Assembly: GCA_965226795.1 (NCBI GenBank)
Contig: CBDDDZ010000003.1
Location: 480,001-544,000, forward strand
Direction: 5' to 3'
Length of the DNA: 64,000 nt
Origin: Candidatus Latescibacterota bacterium
GTDB lineage: Bacteria; Latescibacterota; UBA2968; GCA-2709665
Under the pieces are notes generated by a model. That model searched no databases. It saw nothing but the letters and a program-made list of their open reading frames with translations, and was not told the origin of the DNA. Position 1 is the stretch's first letter; every line of letters starts with the position of its first letter. Below, one piece after another: positions 50,990-61,666 of this stretch. The position numbers were made by a program, and so were the translations under genes.

Positions 50990-52534
50990 ATGAGTTGGAT
51001 ACTTGCCGCTTTATTGCTCTGGCCGATGCCGGGGCATGCCGAGGAGAGACCGCTGATGCAAATTTCAACGACGATAGATTTCGGTCACGACGTGGGGCAG
51101 AATTGGGGTTCGCTGTTTGAAGCCCGCAACTCGGAGGGCCGCGTGGCAATGGGGGCGGGCTTTACCGGCGTATACAATACGGCGTTCAGGATGGATCGGT
51201 TCACGTTGCAGTTTTTCCTCCGCGACGACGAGGCGGAAGCGCAATTCGAGACACTGCCGCCTTCCACGGAGGATGGGGGGAGCTACCTGTTCGATCTGGA
51301 TGGCCGGGTGTACTCGTGCAGCTATCACCAGGACCGGACGGCACGATGGTGGGACGACGAGGCGGGCGCGTGGCAGGTAGACGAGAGCTTCGGCGTGGGT
51401 GAAACCGTGGCAGGCGACGGAAAAATGCGGGTTGCCGGGAAGATATTCCAGTTCAAAGGGGGCGAAGCCTGGTACGACGGCGAGCGGATCCTGGAAAGGC
51501 CCGCGTCGGGGTATTTTCACCATTTCTATTACGCCCTGGGTTACCTGACGTTTTTCCACAAAGACGACGAGTCGGATCCACCGTATACCACGCTGTACGC
51601 GGCGCCCTGGACGCCGGGAAATGCATCTGTCGACCTGGAAAATGCGGTGACGCTGGATCTGAAGTATCCCCAGGAGACGCCGTTCTCCATTGGACAACTC
51701 GGAGACGAGATCGTGAACTCGTCCAATATGGGGGGTGTATACGTATTTGACGGGTCCAGGTGGAAGGTGGTGCGTGCGTCGCTGGCGGGAGTGAGTTTTC
51801 AGCTCTATTCGATGTTGAACTGGTACGACGAGCTGTTGATCGCACAGTACCCGACGGGAAACCTGTTCAAGTACGATGGCAGGGAACTTCGCCACCTGAA
51901 AGACTGGCCGCCGGTGATGCCGGGTGTGTCGGGCTCCGCGCGGGAGGCTCAGACAACGGCGATTTACGGCGGCGACCTCTATGTGGGAGTGTGGCCCTGG
52001 TCCGAGCTGTGGCGGTTCGACGCGCACGAGAACAAGTGGCTTTTCGTGAAGCGGATGTTCCGGACACCGGCGATTACGGACGAGATGACGCATCCGTGGG
52101 AGGATCGGCTGGTCGCGTACAACGAGGAACACGGCGCCGACCTCGTGATCAATGATTGGGGACAGCGCGTGACCGGCCTGGGGCCAATGGGAGATGCGCT
52201 TTATCTGTCCGTGAGTGCCAAGGGCTGCCCTGTGCGTGACATGCGGCATTCATTCCTGCACGATGACGAGGTGTGGAACCAGTACCGCAGGGTCCACCGG
52301 GTGCGAAAACCCGGCAGCGTTTCCGTGCCCGTCGCATGGACGGGAGAACCGACGACGCTGGTGTTTACGATAGGCACGGAAACGATCAGCATCGCGCAGG
52401 ACGGCCGGATTCTGGGTTCGGCGCAAATCCGCGCCGGGCGGGCGGCGGAGGCGGCAAAGGACGTGGATATACAATGGGGCCACGGCATGTTCGGACCCCT
52501 TCGGGCGGAGATGCAGTCGAACGCGGTTGATTGA
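50990..52534 (+). CDS. Secreted hypothetical protein, probable beta-propeller
   Basis: Signal-peptide-like N-terminus; repeated V/F-x-(F/Y)DG-x-x-W blades. Confidence 0.65.
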   Translation: MSWILAALLLWPMPGHAEERPLMQISTTIDFGHDVGQNWGSLFEARNSEGRVAMGAGFTGVYNTAFRMDRFTLQFFLRDDEAEAQFETLPPSTEDGGSYLFDLDGRVYSCSYHQDRTARWWDDEAGAWQVDESFGVGETVAGDGKMRVAGKIFQFKGGEAWYDGERILERPASGYFHHFYYALGYLTFFHKDDESDPPYTTLYAAPWTPGNASVDLENAVTLDLKYPQETPFSIGQLGDEIVNSSNMGGVYVFDGSRWKVVRASLAGVSFQLYSMLNWYDELLIAQYPTGNLFKYDGRELRHLKDWPPVMPGVSGSAREAQTTAIYGGDLYVGVWPWSELWRFDAHENKWLFVKRMFRTPAITDEMTHPWEDRLVAYNEEHGADLVINDWGQRVTGLGPMGDALYLSVSAKGCPVRDMRHSFLHDDEVWNQYRRVHRVRKPGSVSVPVAWTGEPTTLVFTIGTETISIAQDGRILGSAQIRAGRAAEAAKDVDIQWGHGMFGPLRAEMQSNAVD

Positions 52535-52560
52535 CGCCCATCATTACGAGGGTCAGAAAA

Positions 52561-53616
52561 ATGACAGATCGATATCGGACGGCGCTGATCGGTTGCGGGC
52601 GGATGGGGGCAACGATTGACGACGAGGTGCGGGACCATCCAAACTCTCATCTCTGGATTCCGTACTCTCATGCGGCGGCGGCCGTGGCGTGTGAGCGGAC
52701 GGACCTCGTGGCGGTTTCGGACGTGTTGGCTGAGAAGGCGGAGTCGATTCGGGACCGGTACGGAGTGCCGGTCTGCTACACCGACTATCGGGAGATGATA
52801 GACAAAGAGAAACCTGATATCGTGTGTATCGCAACCCGCCCCGCGACCCACTCGGAGATGACCGTATTCGCGGCCGAACATGGGGTTAAGGGGATCTATT
52901 GCGAGAAGCCGCTTTGCTGTTCAATGGAAGAGGCGGACGCGATGGTGTCAGCGGTTGAGAAGAATTGCGTGAAGTTCAACTACGGCACCCAGCGGCGATA
53001 TATTCCGGTTTACCGAAAAATGAGGGAGCTTGCCGATGCGGGCGATCTGGGTACGGTACAGGCCGTTATCGTGCAGCAGGGCGTGACGGCCGCGTTGTGG
53101 GGACTGACTCACGGTGCGGACATGATGCTGTTCCTGGCGGGAGACTGCAAGATCGATTTCGTGCAGGGCACCATTGCGTGTGAGGATAGGGATTGGGACG
53201 ACAACCGTTTGAACGTGGATCCGGGCGTCGCCAGCGGTTACGTTCGGTTTCAAAACGGCGTTCACGGATATACGACCGCGGGCAGCGGCGCGGAGTTCGA
53301 GCTTTGTGGTTCGTCGGGAAAGTTGAGGACATTCGACAACGGAATGATCTGTCAGTTCCGGAAGGCCTGCGGCGTGCGGCATGTGCTGGAGGACCGGCCG
53401 TTTCCCGAGGTCCCGATGCAGAGCGGCACGGTGAACGGGCTGAGGGATATCGCCGAGGCCCTGGATACGGGTCGGGAGACAGCGGGGCCGGTTCAACTGG
53501 CGCGACGCAGCCAGGAAATGGTGATGGGGTTTATCGAGTCTCATCGGCTGGGCGGCGTGCGGGTGCGTTTGCCAATGAAGAATCGAGGCCTTTACGTGGG
53601 GCGGCAGGGTTGGTAG
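52561..53616 (+). CDS. Gfo/Idh/MocA family oxidoreductase
   Basis: LIGCGRMG, IYCEKPL, YGTQRR. Confidence 0.9.
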   Translation: MTDRYRTALIGCGRMGATIDDEVRDHPNSHLWIPYSHAAAAVACERTDLVAVSDVLAEKAESIRDRYGVPVCYTDYREMIDKEKPDIVCIATRPATHSEMTVFAAEHGVKGIYCEKPLCCSMEEADAMVSAVEKNCVKFNYGTQRRYIPVYRKMRELADAGDLGTVQAVIVQQGVTAALWGLTHGADMMLFLAGDCKIDFVQGTIACEDRDWDDNRLNVDPGVASGYVRFQNGVHGYTTAGSGAEFELCGSSGKLRTFDNGMICQFRKACGVRHVLEDRPFPEVPMQSGTVNGLRDIAEALDTGRETAGPVQLARRSQEMVMGFIESHRLGGVRVRLPMKNRGLYVGRQGW

Positions 53617-53744
53617 GGTCCGGTTTGGAAGACGGCGCGAATGCTGAGGCGCGCTCGGGGGTGGATGTGACGTCGCAGGCAAAGCAAGTCGCCAAGCCTG
53701 GGAGAACGCTCCCGATCAGTCGGAACGGCAGATCACCCCACGCG

Positions 53745-53787
53745 ACGTCCCGCCCCTGGTATGCGATGGGCGAGGCGTTTTTTGTTT
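53745..53787 (+). terminator. Possible intrinsic terminator
   Basis: ACGTCCCGCCC/GGGCGAGGCGT stem followed by a T run. Confidence 0.4.
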
Positions 53788-53792
53788 GCCCT

Positions 53793-53913
53793 TGTACAAA
53801 CCGGTACATGGGTAACACTTTTCGGGGTGGTCCTTTCGTGGTCTATCCTCTATGTCTTAACAGGTCGCCTGTTGGCGGACAATTGTTGAATGGAACTGCG
53901 TTCCGGGCGTACA
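53793..53913. mobile_element. IS481-like MITE, copy 2
   Basis: TGTAC...GTACA termini; one ACATGGGTAACA box; body shared with 11761-11905. Confidence 0.6.
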
Positions 53914-53951
53914 CAGACTTTTCCTAACCCTTCACCTTTTGATTTATCTTT

Positions 53952-54693
53952 GTCCTTTTTCTTTCTCGCCAAAGAAAAAGGACCAAAAAGAACGGCGCCT
54001 GCCTGCCGAGCACGGCTCGGCGCAGGCAGGCCGCTCAGACGTCGCGGGGCTGCTTTTCCGCGAATCGCCTCAGGGGCATGAACTTGGGTTGATGGCCTGC
54101 CGACATCGAGGGCGTTTATAGGCCGTATTGCTGGACGGAAAAACGCGGAAAAGCCCCTTCCACCTCCGGGCGGGTGAAGGACGAAACCGAGAGGCCGCGA
54201 ACCCCCTGGTGCCGTCGTTGCATTTGTAGGGGCAACCCCTTGGGTTGCCCTCATCGTGGCGCGCAATTAGCCGATTGACTTTGCCAGGCCATATCGTTTG
54301 CCGGGTTTGGCTGACTGCTGATCGTGGATTCGCGGGCGACGCATGCGTCGCCCCTACGAATGCTACGTCGGCATCGCCATCTGTTAATAGATTTCACCGG
54401 GCCGTATCGGTAACCGGTTTTAGCTGACGGCTAACTACTGATCGCCTATTGCTGCTCGTCCACAGGAACCCACGCGGACTACGAAAGCGATTCCATTCGA
54501 GAGCGCGTTCAGAGCAGAGCGCGCGGTTCCGTCCCGCACCGAACAACGGTATCCGCCTTATCCGGTAGGGCAGAGGATCATGTGCATCCCGTGAGGCAAT
54601 TCGCGCTGTGTATATGGCAGGCTCCGCGCCAAGCGGCGACTTTTGGTTCCTTTTGGTCGCGTCAAAAGGAACTCGCCGAAGGCAGGGAATTTG
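53952..54693. repeat. Inverted doublet of the N30/N30 repeat enclosing an inverted GTAG-REP pair (54226-54250 and 54334-54357)
   Basis: Forward arm 53952-~54177 (palindrome 53998-54030); inverted arm ~54496-54693. Confidence 0.8.
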
Positions 54694-54775
54694 AGGGGAA
54701 GTGTTTTTCGATTTTGTTTTGAGTCCTTGGCAGATTGTTGAAAGCTGTTTTACCTGACCGCTAAAGGAGACAATC

Positions 54776-55756
54776 ATGTCGGAATACGAATGGATTTGCG
54801 TTACCGAACAGGCGGCGTTTGCGGGGCGGGACGGAGCGGGCGCGCTGGTGTTTAAGGACAGAATGTGGCTGCTGGGTGGATGGAATCCGGGGGACAAGGT
54901 CAATTTTCCGCGTATCTGCAACAGCGAGGTCTGGTGTTCCTCTGACGGGGAAACCTGGGTCGAGGTAAACGAGGAGGCGTCCTGGGAGGGGCGGCACACG
55001 GCGGGCTACGCCGTTCACAATGGTCAGATGTGGGTCGTGGGAGGAGACTGCAACCAGGGGCACTATCAGAACGACGTGTGGCGCAGTTCTGACGGCGTGG
55101 GTTGGGACCTGGTCTGTGACCCGGTCCCGTGGGGGCCGAGGGTATTACACTATACGGCGGTTCTCGATGGCAGAATCTGGGTGATGGGCGGGCAGACCAT
55201 TCCGCAATTTGCAGATGAAGACGAGATCTTCTATAACGACGTTTGGAATTCGGCGGATGGCCGGGCCTGGAACCGGGTGGTCGAAAATGCACCGTGGGCG
55301 GAGAGGGGAATGATCGGCGGCAGCGCGGTTTTTCAGAATCGGATCTGGATTCTGGGCGGCGGGACGTACGATACCCCCAGGATTGAACGTCGATTGATGT
55401 ATAACGATGTATGGAGTACGGCCGATGGCGCAAACTGGGAGTTGCATACCCGCGCCGCGCCGTGGGTGCCGCGCCAGTATCACGACGTTGCCGTGTGGGA
55501 CGAAAAGTTGTGGGTGATGGAGGGCTGCTATCATCCTGCAGCCAGCCGATCGATGCGTGAGGCAACAGGTAGCTGGAACCGGAACGACGTCTGGTACAGC
55601 TCGGACGGGGTGAACTGGATCGAACTCCCGGATACGCCATGGGCCCCGCGGCACGCCGCCAGCGTTTTTGTCTACGAAGACGCGCTGTGGATGGTAGCGG
55701 GCAACAACATGTTTCCGGACGTCTGGAAGCTGGTTCGCAAGAATGACGTGCAATAG
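54776..55756 (+). CDS. Kelch-like beta-propeller protein
   Basis: Six repeats of W-x-x-GG...NDVW-x-S-x-DG-x-x-W and PW-x-x-R. Confidence 0.85.
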   Translation: MSEYEWICVTEQAAFAGRDGAGALVFKDRMWLLGGWNPGDKVNFPRICNSEVWCSSDGETWVEVNEEASWEGRHTAGYAVHNGQMWVVGGDCNQGHYQNDVWRSSDGVGWDLVCDPVPWGPRVLHYTAVLDGRIWVMGGQTIPQFADEDEIFYNDVWNSADGRAWNRVVENAPWAERGMIGGSAVFQNRIWILGGGTYDTPRIERRLMYNDVWSTADGANWELHTRAAPWVPRQYHDVAVWDEKLWVMEGCYHPAASRSMREATGSWNRNDVWYSSDGVNWIELPDTPWAPRHAASVFVYEDALWMVAGNNMFPDVWKLVRKNDVQ

Positions 55757-55852
55757 TGGTGAATAGTATCAGCCAAACGGGAAGTGACCAGACGGATGCT
55801 GCCGAGTGCGTGCCGGTTTTTCCGGGATGCAAATGAGAAAGGACCCGGTCGA

Positions 55853-58573
55853 ATGGATGGGATAGCCCTGTTGATATTTGCTGTCTGCTGCGCAGCGGCA
55901 GCGGACATGGCGCGGCCCCGCATGGTCGAAGCTGCGCACCCGGTGTACCGCGTTGAGGTGTCGACGGACCGGATCAACCGATTGAAGCGGGTCGTGTCCA
56001 GGGTGATGGCGATGTCCGAAGCCGAGATGGTGGCCCTGGTTCCTGACAGGACGGGATTCCGGTTCATGGGTTGTCCGAATTGCGACGAGGGGACGCAGGA
56101 GGGTCAGTTGCGGTGGAGAATTTCGGATCCTCACCATGTGCAATGCCGGTTCTGCGAGATGGTTTTTCCGAACGATCAGTACCCCGAGGATCGGGTGATG
56201 AAAGTGGTGAATCCCGTGGGCGTGGAGGTCGAATATCCCTACTGGGAGGATGAGACCGGGTACAGGTACCTCTTCTCGGCGAAGGCCTGGCGTGAGGCCC
56301 GCACGTACTTTTCGCGGATCGCGGAGGACCTCGGAGAACTGTACCAGATGACGGGCGACCGGACGTATGCGCGCCGCGCCGCCCTGATTCTGGATGCGTT
56401 TGCCCGATATTATCCAGGATTCCTTGTGAGCCGCGACTGGCCGCACAGGCCGAAGGGGTTCGCAACGGAGCCGCCGTATCCCAACGGGGGCGGAAAATGG
56501 GGTCGATGGCGACACGACGAGATGCCGACGGACCTGGTGTACGCGTACGATTCGATCTACGGCAGCGGCGAGTTGGAGCGCCTTTCCGAAGAGGCCGGCG
56601 TGGACGTGAAGGCGCGTATTGAGGGTGATTTCTTCCGCGGCGCCGTACGGCAGGACCGGTTTCACGAGACGGACTACAGCAATGCCGCGCCCCGTATATA
56701 CGAAGGATATATTGCGATCGGAAGGGTTCTGGGAGATCCGGGCCTCGTGCATGAAGGCGTTCGTCAAAGCCGGGGGTTGTTCGAGCGGACGTTTTATGAA
56801 GACGGGTTCTGGAAGGAAGGCAGCGTGGGGTACCACCAGATGACGATGGGTGGAATGAACACGGTGTTCCGCGCCGCTCGGGGCTATGGCGACCCGCCCG
56901 GATATGTCCATCCGGAGGACGGGACGCGCCTGGACGACCTCGACCTGGAACGGGATATCGCGGTAATCGCCCGGGCGAAGCGAATTATGGACATCTGCCG
57001 GTATCCCGACGGGCGGCAGATGACGATGCACGACAACTGGGCCCATTTCAGGAATCTGCGGGTGCCGGACCGCTCTGTCTCGACATTGCTGGCGGGGGTC
57101 GGGCACGCGTGGCTCGGGCGTGGCCGGGGTGACGAACAGGTTCAGCTTCACCTCCACTTTTCAGGCGGCTACGGGCACGAACACGCGGACAATCTCAATA
57201 TGGGCCTGTTCGCGAAGGGCATGGAACTGTTGCCGGACGTCGGGATACACGCACACGCGGCACCGGGCGTGGAGCACAAGTACGCTGTGTCACAATACGG
57301 TGGTGATCGATGAGCAACGGCAACATACCCGGGGCCGTCCGGGGCCTTCGGACGGGCGGCTGCTTGCATTCGAACCGGGATTCGATACCGTGCAATGGAT
57401 CGAAGCGAGCGGGGAACGGGCGTACCCGGGGCTGGCGCAGGTCTACCGGCGTGCGCTGCTGCTGGTGAATGCCGGGGAAGCTGAAGTTTACGCGGTGGAC
57501 CTGTTTCGCGTGGTTGGTGGATCGCAACACGACTGGGCGCTGCACGGAAGTGCGGACCGGGACGGGGAGGCCAGGGTGAGCGTTCCTCTAGCGCCTTTTG
57601 GCGAGCACATGCTGCCGGGTGTGGACGTGCGGTTTCCCGCCGGAGAGTCGGATCGCGGGGACGCCAGGGGCCGGAATATTTCGTATGCGTATTTCCGGAA
57701 TGTCTCTCACGGCGAGGCGGAAGACAGCCTTGAGATCACGTTCAGCGTTGACGATTCGCCTATGGCGGTGCGGACGCATATTCCCGGACAGGCGGGCGCC
57801 GAAGTGTTCGTGGGCGATGCCATGTCGTTTCGGCGGGCCGAGGAGAACGATGCGCTCCTGGATCGGTTTCGAATGCCTATCATCCTGCTGCGCCGGAAGG
57901 GAGCGGCACCCCTCTCCAGCCGATTCACCTCGGTGCATGAGCCGTTTTCAGGATCTCCATTCATAGAAGACGTGCGCGTGGAAGCGCTGGATGGAGACGC
58001 GGTGGGCATCAGTGTACGCCACCACGGTGTGGTCGACCATTTCGTGTACCGGGAAGGATCGGGGCACGAAGTCGTCGCGATGGGTGATCTGTCGCTAACG
58101 GGCGAGGTCGGGTTCGTGAGGGCGCGTGACGGCCAGCCGGAGATGATGGGGCTATGGGGCGGCACGATGCTGAAATGGAAACACGTCGCGCTGGAAGGCA
58201 GCGGCGCCTATGAGGGGGAAGTGACCGGTACTTTGAGGAGGGATGCCGGCGCGAAGCACGATGCGCTGGTCGTCACCGGCGAGTTGCCGGCGTAGGCGAG
58301 GAATTGAACGGGGCGACGGCAATCGTGACATTCGGCGACGGGTCAACCCGGGGATGCCGGGTGCAGGCTGTGGCGCGCGAAGGTGGGGAGACGCGCGTGT
58401 TGCTGGATGCCGACCCGGGATTTGCGGTGGAAGGCGAGGGCATGCGGCATCTGTTCTTCCCGCACCGGGAGATTCCCGGAAAGGTGCGCTACCGGCTGCG
58501 AACGTCGGCTTTCGTCCGAATCGGGGATGGTTCAATCACGTCGGTCGGCGAGGCGAGGTTTTCGGGGTTTTGA
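55853..58573 (+). pseudogene. Large secreted heparinase II/III family lyase with an N-terminal CxxC...CxxC module; indels near 57243 and 58290 as assembled
   Basis: DGFWKEGSVGYH, GHEHADNL, PDVG(Y)THT, TLCHNTVVID; three consecutive ORFs join with single-base corrections. Confidence 0.8.
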
Positions 58574-58785
58574 ACTGATTTCAATTGCGGACAAACATCC
58601 CCGATAATACGGGATCTTCCAAGGTCCAGGATTCTACCATTGACCCCTATTTGACACGGTTCGGTCGGCGTAGAGTCGGAGCGAGGAATATTCGGGTGTA
58701 CCGTACGGCTGGGCAACGTAGGCGCTGGCGGGAATCACTGGTGTAACTCGTACTGACCTCATCCCACCTCAATTGGAAACCCACC

Positions 58786-60615
58786 ATGAGGTTTCGGTCC
58801 GCTCATTACAATCTTGCATTCGTGATCGGAGCGACGGTCCTGCTCTCGATGAGTACAGTGGCTCAGGTCTTACCGCAATCCGAGGGCGCCAGTTCAACTC
58901 AGGCGCGCCCCCATCTTCTCCAGGTACGCGTTGAGTCACAATCCGACCCCAATCCTGATTTTGACAGGAACGGCGTCGTGGATTTTCCCGACTTCGTCTT
59001 GTTTGCGCGAAGGTTCGGGGTAAGCCGAGGCGATGAAACGTTCGAGGCGCGATACGACCTGGATGGTGACGGAAATGTCGGGTTTTCTGATTTCCTGATC
59101 TTTGCCAGGAACTTCGGTAAGTCGGTAACGATACCCACTACGGGGATTTGTGGGCGGACGCCTCAGGTGCGGCGTGCCATCCTGAACGCGCTGCCCGATA
59201 TGGACGACTGTGCCCTGGTCCCGGACGTGCATCTGCACTCTATCCGGAGCCTGGATCTTAAGTACGAGCGCATTACTGCCCTGATGGGAGACGATTTTTC
59301 CGGGCTGGACAGCTTGAGGGCCATATCGCTCGAATTCAACGACATAAGCTCGCTGCCAGAGGGAGTGTTTTCCGGTCTCGTGAAACTGGTGGAGCTGGAT
59401 CTGAGCCGCAACAAAATGAAAACTCTTTCAGACGGGTTGTTTTCCGGCCTGGTCAAGCTGCGCGTTCTCAAACTTCAAGGCAACGGTCTGACAACATTGC
59501 CAGAGGGGGTGTTTTCCGGCCTGGACAGCTTGAAAGTATTGGAGATCGGTTTCAGTGATGTATATACCGTATCCGATGATGTGTTTTCAGGTCTGACACC
59601 CGATCTAGAGGTGTTGCGGCTGTATAATGACGATCTTCGCAAGCTGCCGGCAGGTGTATTTTCTACATTGGATAATTTGCAGGAACTGCGGCTTTTTTCT
59701 CCGGGTTTGCGGATTATGCCGGAAGGCGTCTTCTCCGGTCTGTCGAACTTGCGTCGCCTGCGTTTATACACTATACACGTACGCACGCTGCCTGCCGGGA
59801 TATTTTCCGGCCTGGTCAATCTGCGGTACATAAGCCTTAATGACAGCCATCCATTGACCACATTGCCCGCAGGGGTGTTTTCCGGCCTGGATAGCTTACG
59901 TTTCCTGACCATTTTCAATAACGAAGGACTTCGCACGTTGCCGGAGGGTGTATTTGCCGGCCTGTCCAGCCTGGTACACCTGGTCGTCTTTTCAAACGAC
60001 AAGCTGAGCGCGCTTCCAAAGAACGCTTTCTCCGGACTGACCAACCTGGAGTACCTGGGCGTTTATGGCAACGATGAATTGAAAACAATGCCACAAGATG
60101 TTTTCTCCGGACTGACAAACCTGAACGGCCTGAGTCTTTTTGGAAACGATCAACTGAGCACGCTACCTAGGGGCGTATTCTCGGGTCTCCCCAGATTGGG
60201 ATCCCTCACCCTGTTCGATTGCGGATTCGTCCGGCTTCCTGAGGGGATATTCACCGGACTGTCCAGGGTGGGAACACTCTGGCTTCACGGTAACCCCGGG
60301 TCGCCCTTTACCCTGACGGTTGAGTTGGTTCGCAAGGACAACAAAGACAGGACGGCGCCGGGGCCCGCGAATGTCGTCATCAAAGTTGCCGAAGGAGCGC
60401 CGCGTGAAATGACCGTCAGCCTTTCGGCGCGGGGCGGCACCCTGTCGGCGGATAAGGCCACAATTGCAGTGGGAGCGACCGAGAGCGAGACCGTCGTGGT
60501 GACCCAAACAGAGGGCGGTCCTGTCATAGTCATCCCTGGTTCGGCATCTGCCCTGCCAACGAGATTCCTGGGCTTAAAGACCGCCGTGGGCGATTCCCTC
60601 GTGCTGTTTCGATAG
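58786..60615 (+). CDS. Secreted dockerin/EF-hand plus leucine-rich-repeat protein
   Basis: Signal peptide; DFDRNGVVDFPDF and DLDGDGNVGFSDF; about 14 LP.GVFSGL..L..L.L repeats; beta-rich C-terminus. Confidence 0.88.
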   Translation: MRFRSAHYNLAFVIGATVLLSMSTVAQVLPQSEGASSTQARPHLLQVRVESQSDPNPDFDRNGVVDFPDFVLFARRFGVSRGDETFEARYDLDGDGNVGFSDFLIFARNFGKSVTIPTTGICGRTPQVRRAILNALPDMDDCALVPDVHLHSIRSLDLKYERITALMGDDFSGLDSLRAISLEFNDISSLPEGVFSGLVKLVELDLSRNKMKTLSDGLFSGLVKLRVLKLQGNGLTTLPEGVFSGLDSLKVLEIGFSDVYTVSDDVFSGLTPDLEVLRLYNDDLRKLPAGVFSTLDNLQELRLFSPGLRIMPEGVFSGLSNLRRLRLYTIHVRTLPAGIFSGLVNLRYISLNDSHPLTTLPAGVFSGLDSLRFLTIFNNEGLRTLPEGVFAGLSSLVHLVVFSNDKLSALPKNAFSGLTNLEYLGVYGNDELKTMPQDVFSGLTNLNGLSLFGNDQLSTLPRGVFSGLPRLGSLTLFDCGFVRLPEGIFTGLSRVGTLWLHGNPGSPFTLTVELVRKDNKDRTAPGPANVVIKVAEGAPREMTVSLSARGGTLSADKATIAVGATESETVVVTQTEGGPVIVIPGSASALPTRFLGLKTAVGDSLVLFR

Positions 60616-60945
60616 GCGTTGAATCGGTAAGTCGGGTATTGAAAGTCCGGCGAAAGTCAGTCGCAAATGGATGCCCGCCGAGATCCACGTGGGTGCGGGA
60701 GGGTTTTGGGCGGCCGGACGTGAAGGGGACTGGCGCGGGTTGGATGCGCTTGGGGGTCATTGCAACGGGATGTAACGTCTGCGGGAATTGCTGATAGGAT
60801 GGGCAGGACTACCCTGTCCTGAAGAACAGGTTTCAAACACGCCTTCCGTTCGATGCGGGGGGCTATTTTTATAGCTAAATTTCAACCACGACAAGAGAAT
60901 GGCGAATCATCACGGTTGGCGTCTCAAAATAAAAGGAGGTCGACT

Positions 60946-61647
60946 ATGTCAACGCGAACAGCGCTTGTTACGGGCGCCTCCCGGGGTTTGGGTCTCGCTC
61001 TCTCGCGAGAACTCGCACGTCGGAATTGGCGGTTGGTCATTAACGCGAGAGGCGTGGAGGCACTGAAAGCCGCGCACGAAGAATTGGCAGAGTGGACGGA
61101 AGTCATCGCCATTTCCGGAGACGTGACAGCGGCGGAACACCGGGAGGAACTCGCTCACGCTGCTGATGAACTGGCTGGATTGGATGTGGTAATCAACAAC
61201 GCGGGCATGCTGGGGCCGAGTCCTCAACCCGGATTGCTCGAATATCCGCTGGATATCCTTGCAGACGTGTATCGCGCCAATGTGATTGCGCCCCTGGGCG
61301 TGCTGCAGGCGGTTCAACATGCCTTGAAACCCGGTGCACGCATAATCAATGTGACCAGCGATGCGGCTCGCGAGGCGTACGGTGGCTGGGGTGGATACGG
61401 TTCTTCGAAGGCGGCGTTCGAGCAGCTTTCAAACGTGCTTGCGGCGGAGCGACCGGATTGGCGCGTCTACTGGGTGGATCCCGGCGACATGCGCACTCAA
61501 ATGCATCAAGATGCGTTTCCCGGCGAGGATATCAGCGACCGACCTCTGCCAGAGACGAGCGTGTCGGGATTTATGGAACTCCTGGAAGGCTCGCACGAAA
61601 GTGGTCGCTACGCGGCGCGTGAGTTATTCAACACGAACGATAGTTGA
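60946..61647 (+). CDS. Short-chain dehydrogenase/reductase
   Basis: TGASRGLG, NNAG, YGSSK, DPGDMRT; SD AGGAGG. Confidence 0.93.
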   Translation: MSTRTALVTGASRGLGLALSRELARRNWRLVINARGVEALKAAHEELAEWTEVIAISGDVTAAEHREELAHAADELAGLDVVINNAGMLGPSPQPGLLEYPLDILADVYRANVIAPLGVLQAVQHALKPGARIINVTSDAAREAYGGWGGYGSSKAAFEQLSNVLAAERPDWRVYWVDPGDMRTQMHQDAFPGEDISDRPLPETSVSGFMELLEGSHESGRYAARELFNTNDS

Positions 61648-61666
61648 TTGTTGAAGGGGGTACGTT

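Noticed and set aside
11942..54693. CRISPR array or integron attC interpretation of the N30/N30 repeats
   Set aside because: Copies are dispersed and in both orientations, not tandem; no cas or intI in the window; no RYYYAAC/GTTRRRY boxes recognised
58285..58310. Stop-codon readthrough (TAG 58293) or programmed frameshifting in the split genes
   Set aside because: The downstream ORF is in a different frame; no slippery heptamers seen; indel error is simpler
58640..58680. Sigma70 promoter upstream of the LRR gene
   Set aside because: TTGACA is present but no -10 box at 16-18 bp spacing
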